From Candidatus Kuenenbacteria bacterium (lineage in GTDB: Bacteria > Patescibacteriota > Patescibacteriia > UBA2196 > GWA2-42-15), in the NCBI GenBank assembly GCA_012797775.1, contig JAAZOM010000022.1, positions 1,241 through 65,240 of the forward strand: DNA of 64,000 bases, written 5' to 3'. Shown piece after piece: positions 27,456-37,201 of this stretch; position 1 is the first letter of the stretch, and the number at the start of each line of letters is the position of its first letter. The position numbers and the translations under genes were made by a program. The notes below the pieces were generated by a model. The model worked only from the letters and a program-made list of their open reading frames with translations, ran no database searches and had not been told where the DNA came from.

Positions 27456-29141
27456 ATGATATTATCTTTTATAAAAAAACACTACCTTATCATCTCGATT
27501 TTGGCTATCGCTTTTATTTTGCGGCTAGTTGGGATTTTATATGGCCATCCATTAGCCCTGGTCAATGATGAAACACCCACGCTGGCTGCTAGTTTGAAGA
27601 TGATTGGCACCAGCTCACTGCGCGCCAATGCTTTTCAGTATTATTATCCGGCTGGCCTCGCCTATGTCTTTCTTCCATTTTTAGCTCTTTATCTAGTTTT
27701 TGCTAGGATTTTTGGGATATTTGGCAGTATCGCCGAGATCAAGGATATTGTTCTTTTAAATATTGGTTATTTCGCACCGGTCGCCAGGTTTGTCAGCGTT
27801 ATTCTAGGCACTGCCTCCGTTTTTTTGGTTTACCACATCAGTCAAAGATTATTTAGCCATAAAAAAATCGGCCTTTTGGCCGCTTGGTTTTTGGCTATCA
27901 ATTTTTTTCATGTGGCTAATTCTCATTATGGTCAGACTTGGACAGCCCAGTCTTTTTTTATTTTATTAGTACTGTTTTGGGCGGTTTATTTTTATCAAAA
28001 AGAAAAAATTTCTCGCTATGATTATCCCTTGGCTGGTATTTTTATCGGTTTGGCCTTTAGCATCAACTTTGTTGGTATTATCAGCTATGTTTGGTTTTTA
28101 TTGGCTCACTGGCTGAAAAATAAGGGCCAAAAGTTTGTAAAAATTTTTATTGCCAATAAGAATTTTTGGCTGGCCAATCTGGTTTTATTATTAATGATTG
28201 CTTTGGTTTATTATCTCAATCCTTTTGGCTTGAATAATTATTTTGGCCGAATTTTTAATGACAACCCCGCAACCAATAGTTACTCCTTTTTTAGTTTTAC
28301 TAGTTTAAAGATTTTATTTTCTTATCTCAAAAATGGCTTTTTAGCGGAGCCGTTATTATTTCTCCTAATTATTCCTGCCGCCCTTATTCTTTGGAGAAAG
28401 CATAAAATTGCTTTTTGTTTTTTAATACCTTGGCTGATTATTTATTTGCTTTTTCTGGCCCCATTGACCAACCCGATGGTTAGATATCTGTTGCCGACCA
28501 TTCCTTTGATGTCTATTGTTGTCGCTTTCTTTATTCACTATCTTTTTGAAAAATTTTCCGCCAAAATAAAAATTTTTATTATCATTATTTTTCTTTTGAG
28601 CTTGCCCAATCTTTTTTTTAGTTTGTTGCTTGATTATCGGATGACCAGACAAGATACCCGCCTCTTGGCTTACAGCTGGGTAGTCAATAATATCAAAAGT
28701 GGCAGCCATATCAAAAATTTAGATCTAGGCGCGGAAATTCCCTTTGTGGAAAGCAAAGAAATAGTCAGCCTGATAAAAGAAAAATTGCCCGAGCTTTATT
28801 CCAGCAAAAGAAAATATTTATCTTCACTAGAGGAGGAAAATTATCCCGATCCCAATTATGCCATTATCAATTATCCTGATCTGGTAGCCGCCGATTATGA
28901 TTTCGAATATTTGATTGTGAGTGACTTTGATAAAAATAATTTAATAAACAAAACCAAACCAACAGCTGCTTCCCAAAAGCTGATAAAATACTTTTATCCA
29001 AGTGAAAATAGCCCCCTGCCAACCAAAAGTGAGCTGGAGTTACCCTTCAATCTTTATTCGTTCGATCCCTGGTTTTTGCTCCGTTTCTATGATTATTATG
29101 GCCCCTATATTGAGATTTACGAGCTAAAAAAGACGCCATGA
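27456..29141 (+). CDS. Polytopic membrane glycosyltransferase, GT-C fold, ArnT/PMT-like (GT39/GT83).
   Basis: First loop HPLALVNDETPTLAASLKM (DE motif) and more than 10 TM helices. Confidence 0.45.
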   Translation: MILSFIKKHYLIISILAIAFILRLVGILYGHPLALVNDETPTLAASLKMIGTSSLRANAFQYYYPAGLAYVFLPFLALYLVFARIFGIFGSIAEIKDIVLLNIGYFAPVARFVSVILGTASVFLVYHISQRLFSHKKIGLLAAWFLAINFFHVANSHYGQTWTAQSFFILLVLFWAVYFYQKEKISRYDYPLAGIFIGLAFSINFVGIISYVWFLLAHWLKNKGQKFVKIFIANKNFWLANLVLLLMIALVYYLNPFGLNNYFGRIFNDNPATNSYSFFSFTSLKILFSYLKNGFLAEPLLFLLIIPAALILWRKHKIAFCFLIPWLIIYLLFLAPLTNPMVRYLLPTIPLMSIVVAFFIHYLFEKFSAKIKIFIIIIFLLSLPNLFFSLLLDYRMTRQDTRLLAYSWVVNNIKSGSHIKNLDLGAEIPFVESKEIVSLIKEKLPELYSSKRKYLSSLEEENYPDPNYAIINYPDLVAADYDFEYLIVSDFDKNNLINKTKPTAASQKLIKYFYPSENSPLPTKSELELPFNLYSFDPWFLLRFYDYYGPYIEIYELKKTP

Positions 29142-30274
29142 GAGTTATTATCCTTGCCAACCACCTAGAGGCGACTGACGGCTGGAGCCGCTATGCTTAT
29201 GATCTCGCCAAAAACCTAAAAGCCGCTGGCCACGAGATTCTTTGTTTGGTCAATAAAAAATCCTCTGCTGATATTGGTCAGAGAGTGGTTTTTGGCAGCC
29301 CCTTGGGCTACCTAGCCAACCCTTGGCGATCTTTCAAAACTGGCAAAAAAATTCAGTCGATATTTTTTGAATTTCAGCCAGACATTATCCATGTCGTTAC
29401 CGAACCCTATGCCAGCTGTTTAATATTTTGTCGTTACCCCAAATCCAAGATAATCATGACTATCCATGGCACCTATGCTTATCCACCAGCACTTTTATCC
29501 AGTTCCCTTAAACATTTTCTGGCCCGCCTGTTGACCACCAGTGTTTATAAAAAAATAACTACTGTTATTGCTGTTAGTTCTTTTACCAAAAATCACTTGA
29601 TCAAAAAAATTAATTCTTCAAAACTCAGAGCCAAAACAAAAGTAATTACCAATGGTATAGATTTGGTCTCATTCCCGCTTTTGAATACCGCCCCGGCTAG
29701 AGACAACAAAATTAAAAAAATTATGTTTGTCGGTGGCATCAAATCTGGCAAAGGAATTTTAGAAGCTCTGGCTGGTTTGCTTTATTATAAAAATAATTTT
29801 TCTGAAGAGTTCCAGTTTATTATTATTGGTCAAGCCGAACCCGAGACATCCTATTTTGGCGCTTTACAAAAATTTATTAATGAGAGCAATTTGATTGACC
29901 AGGTAGTTTTTCGCGGTCGCATCAGTCATGAAGAATTATTGGCTGCATACAAAGAAGCCGATTTGTTTCTGATGCCCTCTCTTTGTGTTGATGATAAATG
30001 GCTTGAAGGCTTTGGTTTGGTTTATCTGGAGGCCGCGAGCCAAGGTGTGCCCTGCCTTGGCTCCAAAGAATCTGGTGCTATTGATGCTATTGTTGATGGA
30101 GAGACCGGTTATCTTGTCGACGCCAGAGATCCCGTTGATATTGCCAAGCATATTGATTTAGTGCTCAACAAAAAAACAATCAATCCGGCTGAGTGTCTTG
30201 CCTGGGCCGAAAAGAATGATATCAAAAACAAAATTAAAGAAATAACAGAACTATACCGCTCCGCATTATTATAA
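29138..30274 (+). CDS. Glycosyltransferase family 4.
   Basis: EGFGLVYLEAASQGVPCLGSK..ETGYLV. Confidence 0.65.
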   Translation: MRVIILANHLEATDGWSRYAYDLAKNLKAAGHEILCLVNKKSSADIGQRVVFGSPLGYLANPWRSFKTGKKIQSIFFEFQPDIIHVVTEPYASCLIFCRYPKSKIIMTIHGTYAYPPALLSSSLKHFLARLLTTSVYKKITTVIAVSSFTKNHLIKKINSSKLRAKTKVITNGIDLVSFPLLNTAPARDNKIKKIMFVGGIKSGKGILEALAGLLYYKNNFSEEFQFIIIGQAEPETSYFGALQKFINESNLIDQVVFRGRISHEELLAAYKEADLFLMPSLCVDDKWLEGFGLVYLEAASQGVPCLGSKESGAIDAIVDGETGYLVDARDPVDIAKHIDLVLNKKTINPAECLAWAEKNDIKNKIKEITELYRSALL

Positions 30275-30281
30275 TATTTTT

Positions 30282-31493
30282 ATGAAAATAGTTATCGTTT
30301 CCAACTCTTTTTCTCCCCGCGAGGGCGGCGCTGCTGCTATCGCCTTTGAGCAGGCCAAATTATTATCAGATCTTGGCCATCAGGTTTTTGTTTTTTCCGG
30401 TGTTGCCGACAAAAATATTGGCTGGTCCAAAGAATCAGGTTTATCTGTTTATCGTTTGGTCACGCCAGGCTTGCCTTGGTTTTTGCGTTCTTATTTTTGT
30501 CTCCGTAATAAAAGGATAGAAGATGAATTTAAGAAATTTTTGGCTGAAGTAAGCCCAGAAGTTATCCACTTTCACAATCTCTATTACCAATTTCCTTTTT
30601 CTTTATTTAAAATAGCCAAAAATTTTACACCTCGCACCCTTTTTACTGTTCATGACGTGATGACCTTTAGCTATACCAAGCTTAGCCACTTTATTGATCA
30701 GAAATATAATTTAGAAAATATTGATACTATTAATTACCATTTATCTTTGTGGTGGCAGCTCAAGCAAAGCAAAAAAGGTTTTAATCCTTGGCGCAATATT
30801 ATTATCCGCCATTATTTAAAATATTTAACCAAAATATTCAGTGTTAGCGGTGAACTCAAAAAAGCTCTAGAGCAAAATAAAATAAAAAATATTACAACTA
30901 TTCACAATGGCATCAATGTTGCCGATTGGGCGGTAGGGGAGAGCGAAGCGCAAAAATTCAAAAAAGAATTAGGTTTGGATAATAAAAAAATTATTCTTTT
31001 CGCCGGCCGCTTGAGCGGCTACAAGGGCACCAAACAAATTATGGCCGCCCTGGAAATTATTACCAAGACAATTCCCGAAGCCATGCTTTTGGTTTTAGAT
31101 AGCCAAAATAATTATCAGAATAGTCAGCCCTATGTTCATTTGGCTGGTTCGGCCAGTCGCGAGCAAATGAAATATTATTACGCCATGAGTGATCTTGTAG
31201 TTGTGCCCTCGATTTGTTTTGATTCTTTTCCCACGATCAATCTAGAAGCCATGGCCTGTCACAAGCCAGTCATCGCCACCATTTTCGGGGGGAGCAGAGA
31301 ATTAGTTGAAGATCAAAAAACAGGCTATTTAGTTAACCCGTTACATATTGATGAATTAGCCGAAAAAATAATTTACCTTTTGCAAAATCCAAAGCTGGCT
31401 AGGGAAATGGGGGAGTCTGGTTATCAAAAAGTAAAAAATGAGTTTAATCAAGAAAAATGGATCCAAGAAATTTTAAACTGCTATCATCATTAA
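30282..31493 (+). CDS. Glycosyltransferase family 4.
   Basis: FPTINLEAMACHKPVIAT..KTGYLV. Confidence 0.65.
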   Translation: MKIVIVSNSFSPREGGAAAIAFEQAKLLSDLGHQVFVFSGVADKNIGWSKESGLSVYRLVTPGLPWFLRSYFCLRNKRIEDEFKKFLAEVSPEVIHFHNLYYQFPFSLFKIAKNFTPRTLFTVHDVMTFSYTKLSHFIDQKYNLENIDTINYHLSLWWQLKQSKKGFNPWRNIIIRHYLKYLTKIFSVSGELKKALEQNKIKNITTIHNGINVADWAVGESEAQKFKKELGLDNKKIILFAGRLSGYKGTKQIMAALEIITKTIPEAMLLVLDSQNNYQNSQPYVHLAGSASREQMKYYYAMSDLVVVPSICFDSFPTINLEAMACHKPVIATIFGGSRELVEDQKTGYLVNPLHIDELAEKIIYLLQNPKLAREMGESGYQKVKNEFNQEKWIQEILNCYHH

Positions 31494-31550
31494 AGTTGCT
31501 CTATTTTCTGCCCCATGTTATCCTAAAATCAAGAAGTTAAATTATAATTC

Positions 31551-32522
31551 ATGAAAGTTCTCATCACCGGTATTGGCGGATTTGTCGGCCAGTATCTCAA
31601 TGATTATATTTCCCAAAACCACCCCGAGGTAGAAATACATGGCACGGTATTTAGCAATGTCCACATTGATCGGACAATTTTTGCTGATAATAAATTTATC
31701 AATCATGTTTGTGACATAAATGACAAAGAAAAAGTTAGAGAATTAATAAATCTAGTCAAGCCGGATATTATTTTTCATTTAGCGGCCCAAAGTTACGTCA
31801 GCTCTTCTTGGGAAAATCCAGAAAATACTCTCCATACCAACATTATTGGCCAAAGCAATTTATTTGAAGCCGTACGCCAATTGCGTGATGAAAAATTTGA
31901 TCCGGTTATCTTAATCGCCTGTTCTTCTGAAGAATATGGCCCAGCAATAGAAATTGGCCACCCTCCCTTTACCGAGGCAAGCGAGCTCAGGCCCAAATCC
32001 CCCTATGCTATTTCCAAAATCGCTCAGGATTTTATGGGTTTTCAATATTTTCAGGCTTACGGCTTGAAAATCATTAGAATCCGGGCTTTTAACCACACTG
32101 GCCCGGGCCGTGATCCAGTTTTTGGTGTTTCCAATTTTGCCAAAAAAATTGCCGATATAGAAAAAGGAAACATTGTGCCAGAAATAAAAACCCGCGACCT
32201 AGGAGCTCTCCGTGATTTTACTGATGTGCGCGATATTGTGCGCGGCTATTGGCTGGCGATAGAAAAATGCCAACCCGGCCAAGTTTATAATCTGTGTTCT
32301 AGCCGCGGTATCACTTTTGAACAAATATTAAATAAACTCTTGGCTCTTTCCGCAGTTAAAAATATTTCTTTGATCAAAGATCCGGAGGGCAAAAGGCCGA
32401 CTGACGGTGGCCAGATTATTGGTGATAATACCAAATTTAAAAATACCACCGGCTGGCAGGTGGAGATTGATTTCTTGGAGCAAACCGTGCCAGACATGTT
32501 AAATTTCTGGCGCAAAAATTAA
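31551..32522 (+). CDS. NAD-dependent epimerase/dehydratase, GDP-4-keto-6-deoxymannose reductase (Rmd)-like.
   Basis: MKVLITGIGGFVGQYL (GxxGxxG) and the YAISK catalytic dyad. Confidence 0.55.
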   Translation: MKVLITGIGGFVGQYLNDYISQNHPEVEIHGTVFSNVHIDRTIFADNKFINHVCDINDKEKVRELINLVKPDIIFHLAAQSYVSSSWENPENTLHTNIIGQSNLFEAVRQLRDEKFDPVILIACSSEEYGPAIEIGHPPFTEASELRPKSPYAISKIAQDFMGFQYFQAYGLKIIRIRAFNHTGPGRDPVFGVSNFAKKIADIEKGNIVPEIKTRDLGALRDFTDVRDIVRGYWLAIEKCQPGQVYNLCSSRGITFEQILNKLLALSAVKNISLIKDPEGKRPTDGGQIIGDNTKFKNTTGWQVEIDFLEQTVPDMLNFWRKN

Positions 32523-32527
32523 GATAG

Positions 32528-33157
32528 TTATTTTTTATTAATTAAATACAAACAAATCCAGTCAGGAGCTTTTGTGCTCTTTTTTTGTTTGGTTAATTTA
32601 TTATCAGTTACAATTTCAACAGATTTTATTTTGAAGCCAATTTGTTCGGCCATAGTTATAAATTCTTTTTTGCTAAAAAAGCTAAACATTCTTTCTCCGA
32701 ACAAATCAGTAACCATTTTTTCTCCATTGCCCTTTTTAAGGGAAACAAAAATTATCCCTTCATCCCTGACTATTTTTCTAAATTTAGTTAATACCTTGGA
32801 GATATCTATTTTGCGCAGATTGATTAAAGACGCACAGGCCCATATGCCGTCATAGTAATTATCGGGCATTTTTATTTTCCTTAGATCACAGCAATATAAT
32901 TTTGATTTTGGGAATTTTTTCCTAATCTCGCTGATTGTTTTTTTAGAATAATCCAAACCAGTCATCTCAAACCCCATTTTTATAAAATCTGAAAAATTAT
33001 CCGATCCGCCGCAGCCAGCATCTAGAATCTTGGCTCCGTCGCTAAGATATTTAGCAAATATTTTTCTCTGCTTTGACCAGTCATAAGAACGACTTTTCTC
33101 AAAATGCCACTTTATTCCTTTTTCGTAATTCTGTTTAGTTTTTTTATATGCATCCAT
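32528..33157 (-). CDS. Class I SAM-dependent methyltransferase.
   Basis: ILDAGCGGSD..GLDYS..IFVSL. Confidence 0.55.
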   Translation of the reverse strand: MDAYKKTKQNYEKGIKWHFEKSRSYDWSKQRKIFAKYLSDGAKILDAGCGGSDNFSDFIKMGFEMTGLDYSKKTISEIRKKFPKSKLYCCDLRKIKMPDNYYDGIWACASLINLRKIDISKVLTKFRKIVRDEGIIFVSLKKGNGEKMVTDLFGERMFSFFSKKEFITMAEQIGFKIKSVEIVTDNKLTKQKKSTKAPDWICLYLINKK

Positions 33158-33160
33158 ATT

Positions 33161-34195
33161 TTATATGTTCTTTAATATCTTTTTCAGCCAATAGTATGGT
33201 CCGGGCAGATAGTGGCGCAGAAAGGATTTGATCTTTTTCTTTAGACCACTATTGATGTCATAGATATACCAAAAAGTATAATTATCCGCTTGGCGATTAT
33301 TGTATTCTATTCTTGCTGGATGCTGGAGTTGAAATTCCATCGGGTAGCGCGCCATATTGGCATTTTTATCTAGCACATTGACTGTCGAGCCAGCTCCTTC
33401 GCCAAAGCCGATATTGGTGATCAAATTTTTTTTCGGAGCGATTACCAGCCCTTCGTGCATCAAGACATTATAAAACCATTGCACATCCCAGGTGCCGTCA
33501 CGCGCTTTTTTATTATCTTTTATATTATCAAAAAGATTGCTCCAATATTCTCTGACCGCATAATTGGGCAATATCTTTTTGAGTTTATCAGTCTTTCTTA
33601 TCCCCTCCCAGCTTTCCAGAAAAAATTCATAAGTGTTAAAGGCTCTTTGCCAAGTGGCCCAACCCCAGGTTTGTGCCACCTGAGAAAAATAATAGCTATC
33701 AGGACAATTAAATTTTTTATTACCTTGTTGGGTGTTCAGCCCGGCAATTTGCATTATTTTTGGGTTATCCTTGTATTTTTCTAGAAGTTCTTCGCAATAA
33801 TAAAAAAAACTTTCATCCGGCAGACAGTCGTCCTCGAGAATTATCGCCCGATCCACTTGCCCAAAAACCCACTCCAGCCCCGAGGCGATCCTCGGTCCGC
33901 AATTCATATTCACCTCAGAAAAATTCTTTTTTACCTCGCACTCCCAATCTACTTGGTCCACTACCGCCCTAGCCGCGTCGCACTTTATTTTTTCTTCGGC
34001 ATTTCTCGCTCCGTCAGCGATCACAAAAAGCTGTCTTGGCTTGACTTGTCTGATGGCATTGAGTGTTTTCTCGGTTGTATCGACGCGCCGATAAACTGTT
34101 AAAAGTATGGGGACATTAAATTGATTTTTCATATTATTATTAAGTTTATCCTGACCCCGCATTGAGTTCTGCGGGGGAAGGATCCCGTGGTTCAT
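33161..34195 (-). CDS. Putative GT-A fold glycosyltransferase (the start is likely a later ATG near 34132).
   Basis: VPILLTVYRR...LFVIADG..ILEDD (DXD-like). Confidence 0.3.
   Translation of the reverse strand: MNHGILPPQNSMRGQDKLNNNMKNQFNVPILLTVYRRVDTTEKTLNAIRQVKPRQLFVIADGARNAEEKIKCDAARAVVDQVDWECEVKKNFSEVNMNCGPRIASGLEWVFGQVDRAIILEDDCLPDESFFYYCEELLEKYKDNPKIMQIAGLNTQQGNKKFNCPDSYYFSQVAQTWGWATWQRAFNTYEFFLESWEGIRKTDKLKKILPNYAVREYWSNLFDNIKDNKKARDGTWDVQWFYNVLMHEGLVIAPKKNLITNIGFGEGAGSTVNVLDKNANMARYPMEFQLQHPARIEYNNRQADNYTFWYIYDINSGLKKKIKSFLRHYLPGPYYWLKKILKNI
34146..34181 (+). repeat. Dispersed intergenic element, copy 3 (core only): TTATCCTGAC-CCCGCATTGAGTTCTGCGGGG-GAAGGATCCC. Its TTA is the TAA stop of the minus-strand GT2 gene.
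   Basis: Same core as copies 1 and 2. Confidence 0.55.
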
Positions 34196-35138
34196 TTTTT
34201 AATGCCGCGTAAATTTTGGGCATTTTATTTTTCAAATAACCTTTCACCATTAAGTTCCTTTTTCGGCGGTAAAGCTCTTTGGCCTCTGCCGATTGTTTTG
34301 TGTTCAGTTGCTCTTTTTGTAGGAATTTCCTATATATCAGCCCATCAATTTTCAAAGCGCTTATCAAGTTTTTTATTTTTTTTGTTTTTTGGTTGCGCGC
34401 CTCATCGCGTTGCACCAATTCATCCCAGCCTATTTTGGCATAACTTTCATTTATTAATTCAAAAATAGATTTTAAATAACAAAGATGTTGCGCCTCGCTA
34501 TTGTTTCGCCCCAGAGAATTACCGTGGATACGGTGGCTCACCAAAAATTCTGGCACATTTGTTATTTGTTCCTCTTTTAAAAGTTTAACATATAAATTTA
34601 AATCTTGGGCGTACTTATATTCCTCATTATAATTGCCTATCTTGGCGATTTTGTCTTTACGGAAAAATATAGAGCTGTGCCAGATGCACGGTTTGCCAAA
34701 GATAAAATGAAACTTTATCAATTTTGTTTCTACTGGCGGCTGCCTCTTGGCCAGCATTTGGCCATTTTCGTCAATAATTTTTACCCAACTGCCCGTGAGC
34801 GCATATTTGGGGTTGCCTTCCATAAATTCATATTGTCTAGCCAGTCTTTCTGGCGCGGATAGGTCATCGGCATCGAGCCTGACAATATATTCACCTTGTG
34901 CCTCCCTGATTCCGACATTGAGAGACTTGGTTAGCCCCAAATTATATGTATTGTGAATTAATCTGATTCTCTTATCTTGTTTAGCGTAATTTTCGATTAT
35001 TTCCTTAGTTTTATCAGTCGAGGCATCATTAATTATAATAAATTCAAAATCAGTGAAAGTCTGGTTCAAAATACTCTCAATTGCTTCTGGTAAATATTTT
35101 TCCGCGTTATAAGCGGACAGCAAGACCGATACTTTCAT
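34146..35138 (-). CDS. Glycosyltransferase family 2.
   Basis: VSVLLSAYNAEKYL, NDASTD and RLDADD. Confidence 0.7.
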   Translation of the reverse strand: MKVSVLLSAYNAEKYLPEAIESILNQTFTDFEFIIINDASTDKTKEIIENYAKQDKRIRLIHNTYNLGLTKSLNVGIREAQGEYIVRLDADDLSAPERLARQYEFMEGNPKYALTGSWVKIIDENGQMLAKRQPPVETKLIKFHFIFGKPCIWHSSIFFRKDKIAKIGNYNEEYKYAQDLNLYVKLLKEEQITNVPEFLVSHRIHGNSLGRNNSEAQHLCYLKSIFELINESYAKIGWDELVQRDEARNQKTKKIKNLISALKIDGLIYRKFLQKEQLNTKQSAEAKELYRRKRNLMVKGYLKNKMPKIYAALKNEPRDPSPAELNAGSG

Positions 35139-35150
35139 AAAATTTTTATT

Positions 35151-36461
35151 TTAGGCCATGGCCTGTAGTTCCTCGTCTTCAGTATACAAAATCTCTAACC
35201 CCTCAATTACCGGCGTGTCTTTATATTGTTTATTAAAGCCATCAAAAAATGCTTTTATCATTTCCAGTTTAATCCGGTAATTTTCTTTATTGTCGGTCGC
35301 CTTTAGGTGCGCCCGCTGACTGCTTTTACAATAAGCACACAGAGGATTCATCTGGCCGTCTCGTGCATTGACTGTCTGCCGCAGATATTGCAAAACCGGA
35401 TGTTGCCAGATTTTATCAAATTCAACTTGGCCATATTTTTCAATATGTTTTTGGTAATTGAAGATAAAAGGATTAAAAACATTACAGCAACCCAGATAAT
35501 ATGAGTCCTGATGTGAATAACAAGAGCGTAGTTGTAATCCGACCCAAGGCGCATTGCAGGCGGTTGCCTTTCTGTCTTTATCTTCTCCTGGCTTCCTGTC
35601 TTTTTCTTTTTGGAAATATGGCGGCTCTTTGGGCAAAGCGGCAATCACTCCCTGCTCTTTGGCATAATTATAAAGGCGATCTATTTTTTTATTAATCTCA
35701 TCCACTTCGTCGTCTCGGACGATTATCTCCTTGAGGGCATGATTATAATCATGATAATGGTAAAGGCCAAAGAAATCTATTTTAAATTTTTTTATTAGAT
35801 CAATCATTTTGACCGCTTCATCTATATTGGCCTTATTCAAAGCATAAACCACGGTAATACGGGGTTTTTTATAATTACCATCCATTTTCTTTTTGGCGAG
35901 AGACACCAGATTGCCGATGACTGTTTCAAAGTCACCAGCCTGCAAGATTTTATAAGTTTCCGGCGTCGCCGCATGGATAGAAAAAGTTATGGCGTCAAAA
36001 CCGATTTTTAGCATGGTATCCTGTATTTTTTCATTTAGCCCCATGCCGTTAGTAGACATGCCCAAATCCAGCTTGTGTTTCAATTTTAAATAACCAATTA
36101 TTTCCTTGAAATGAGGGTTTAATACGGACTCACCAATAAAACCCATAAAATTTATACTGCCAGCCTTATCAAAGATTTTATCAAACGCCTTTATTTGTTC
36201 CGGCGTTATATTATTAGCCACCCTTTCAATATTTTTTTCTCTCAGGTTGTGAACCGAGCAGATCGGGCAGAGTAAATTACAGCAATTGCTCAAGCTCATG
36301 GTAATTTTCGTCGGCTGGCCCTTGGGATTTTTTTTGTTTTTTCCCGCCTCTGCCAAGGCCAACATCTTGTTCAATTTTTTCTTTTTACTTGGTAGCACCA
36401 AAGAAGCCATCGCGTTTATCGGCTGTGTCGAGACGATCTTCTTGATATTCTTTTTAATCAT
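35151..36461 (-). CDS. Radical SAM protein with a C-terminal Cys-rich SPASM-like domain.
   Basis: CNLLCPICS (CX3CX2C), a TIM-barrel core, and C-terminal CNAPW..SC..GCCN..CAYC. Confidence 0.55.
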   Translation of the reverse strand: MIKKNIKKIVSTQPINAMASLVLPSKKKKLNKMLALAEAGKNKKNPKGQPTKITMSLSNCCNLLCPICSVHNLREKNIERVANNITPEQIKAFDKIFDKAGSINFMGFIGESVLNPHFKEIIGYLKLKHKLDLGMSTNGMGLNEKIQDTMLKIGFDAITFSIHAATPETYKILQAGDFETVIGNLVSLAKKKMDGNYKKPRITVVYALNKANIDEAVKMIDLIKKFKIDFFGLYHYHDYNHALKEIIVRDDEVDEINKKIDRLYNYAKEQGVIAALPKEPPYFQKEKDRKPGEDKDRKATACNAPWVGLQLRSCYSHQDSYYLGCCNVFNPFIFNYQKHIEKYGQVEFDKIWQHPVLQYLRQTVNARDGQMNPLCAYCKSSQRAHLKATDNKENYRIKLEMIKAFFDGFNKQYKDTPVIEGLEILYTEDEELQAMA

Positions 36462-37201
36462 AATCCGTTTGCTTTAATTTTTTTAATCAGCCATTTCCGG
36501 CTCCGCAATTTTAGATCGCGGTCATGCAAACGCACAAAGTCTTCGTCCTGAATAAATTCAATGCCCACCATTTGCTTATTACTATCAAGCATATAGCGGT
36601 TCGCTATTACCTTTTTGATATTTGTTTCCTTGAGCGCCTCATAGGTTTTTATACTCCAGACATTGCCCGAGGGTACAAAGATTTCTATGCTTCTCCCAAA
36701 ATAATTTTCTAATATTTTTTGTGATTCTAAAATATGTTCGCGATGCAAAGAGCTTGGCAAGTCTGGCCAGAACTCGCGGTGCATTTTTCTATTGGAATAT
36801 CGGGAATAGGGGAGATGATTACCCACAACGCAATGCGTCAATCCGTGGTTAGCAATGGTTATGAGTTCCTTATCGGCGGCCTGTTTCAACATTGCTGCTT
36901 CGGCCGGGAATTTCTCAGGAAAAGGTGTTAAATTTGAATTTTCATCTACCCAAGTTGCCGCTATAGAGACAATCGGCACAATGCCATTATCCTCAAAAAT
37001 TTTTAAATATTTTCTCCAATCTTCTGCTGTTAGCTCTTCATATTTTGCCCAGCCGCGGAAGGGCCAGACTCTTTTTAAAAATCCATAATTAGCCCAAGGA
37101 AAATAAAAATAAGTTATCCCGCGCCAGGTAAAACTTTTTTTGCCCCATTGGTTATAATATTTGGTCGATGCGCCGATGTCATCAATGCGCCATTGTTTCA
37201 T
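36458..37201 (-). CDS. Putative polysaccharide deacetylase-like protein (DUF2334/CE4-like).
   Basis: RIDDIGAS and IANHGLTHC motifs. Confidence 0.35.
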   Translation of the reverse strand: MKQWRIDDIGASTKYYNQWGKKSFTWRGITYFYFPWANYGFLKRVWPFRGWAKYEELTAEDWRKYLKIFEDNGIVPIVSIAATWVDENSNLTPFPEKFPAEAAMLKQAADKELITIANHGLTHCVVGNHLPYSRYSNRKMHREFWPDLPSSLHREHILESQKILENYFGRSIEIFVPSGNVWSIKTYEALKETNIKKVIANRYMLDSNKQMVGIEFIQDEDFVRLHDRDLKLRSRKWLIKKIKANGL

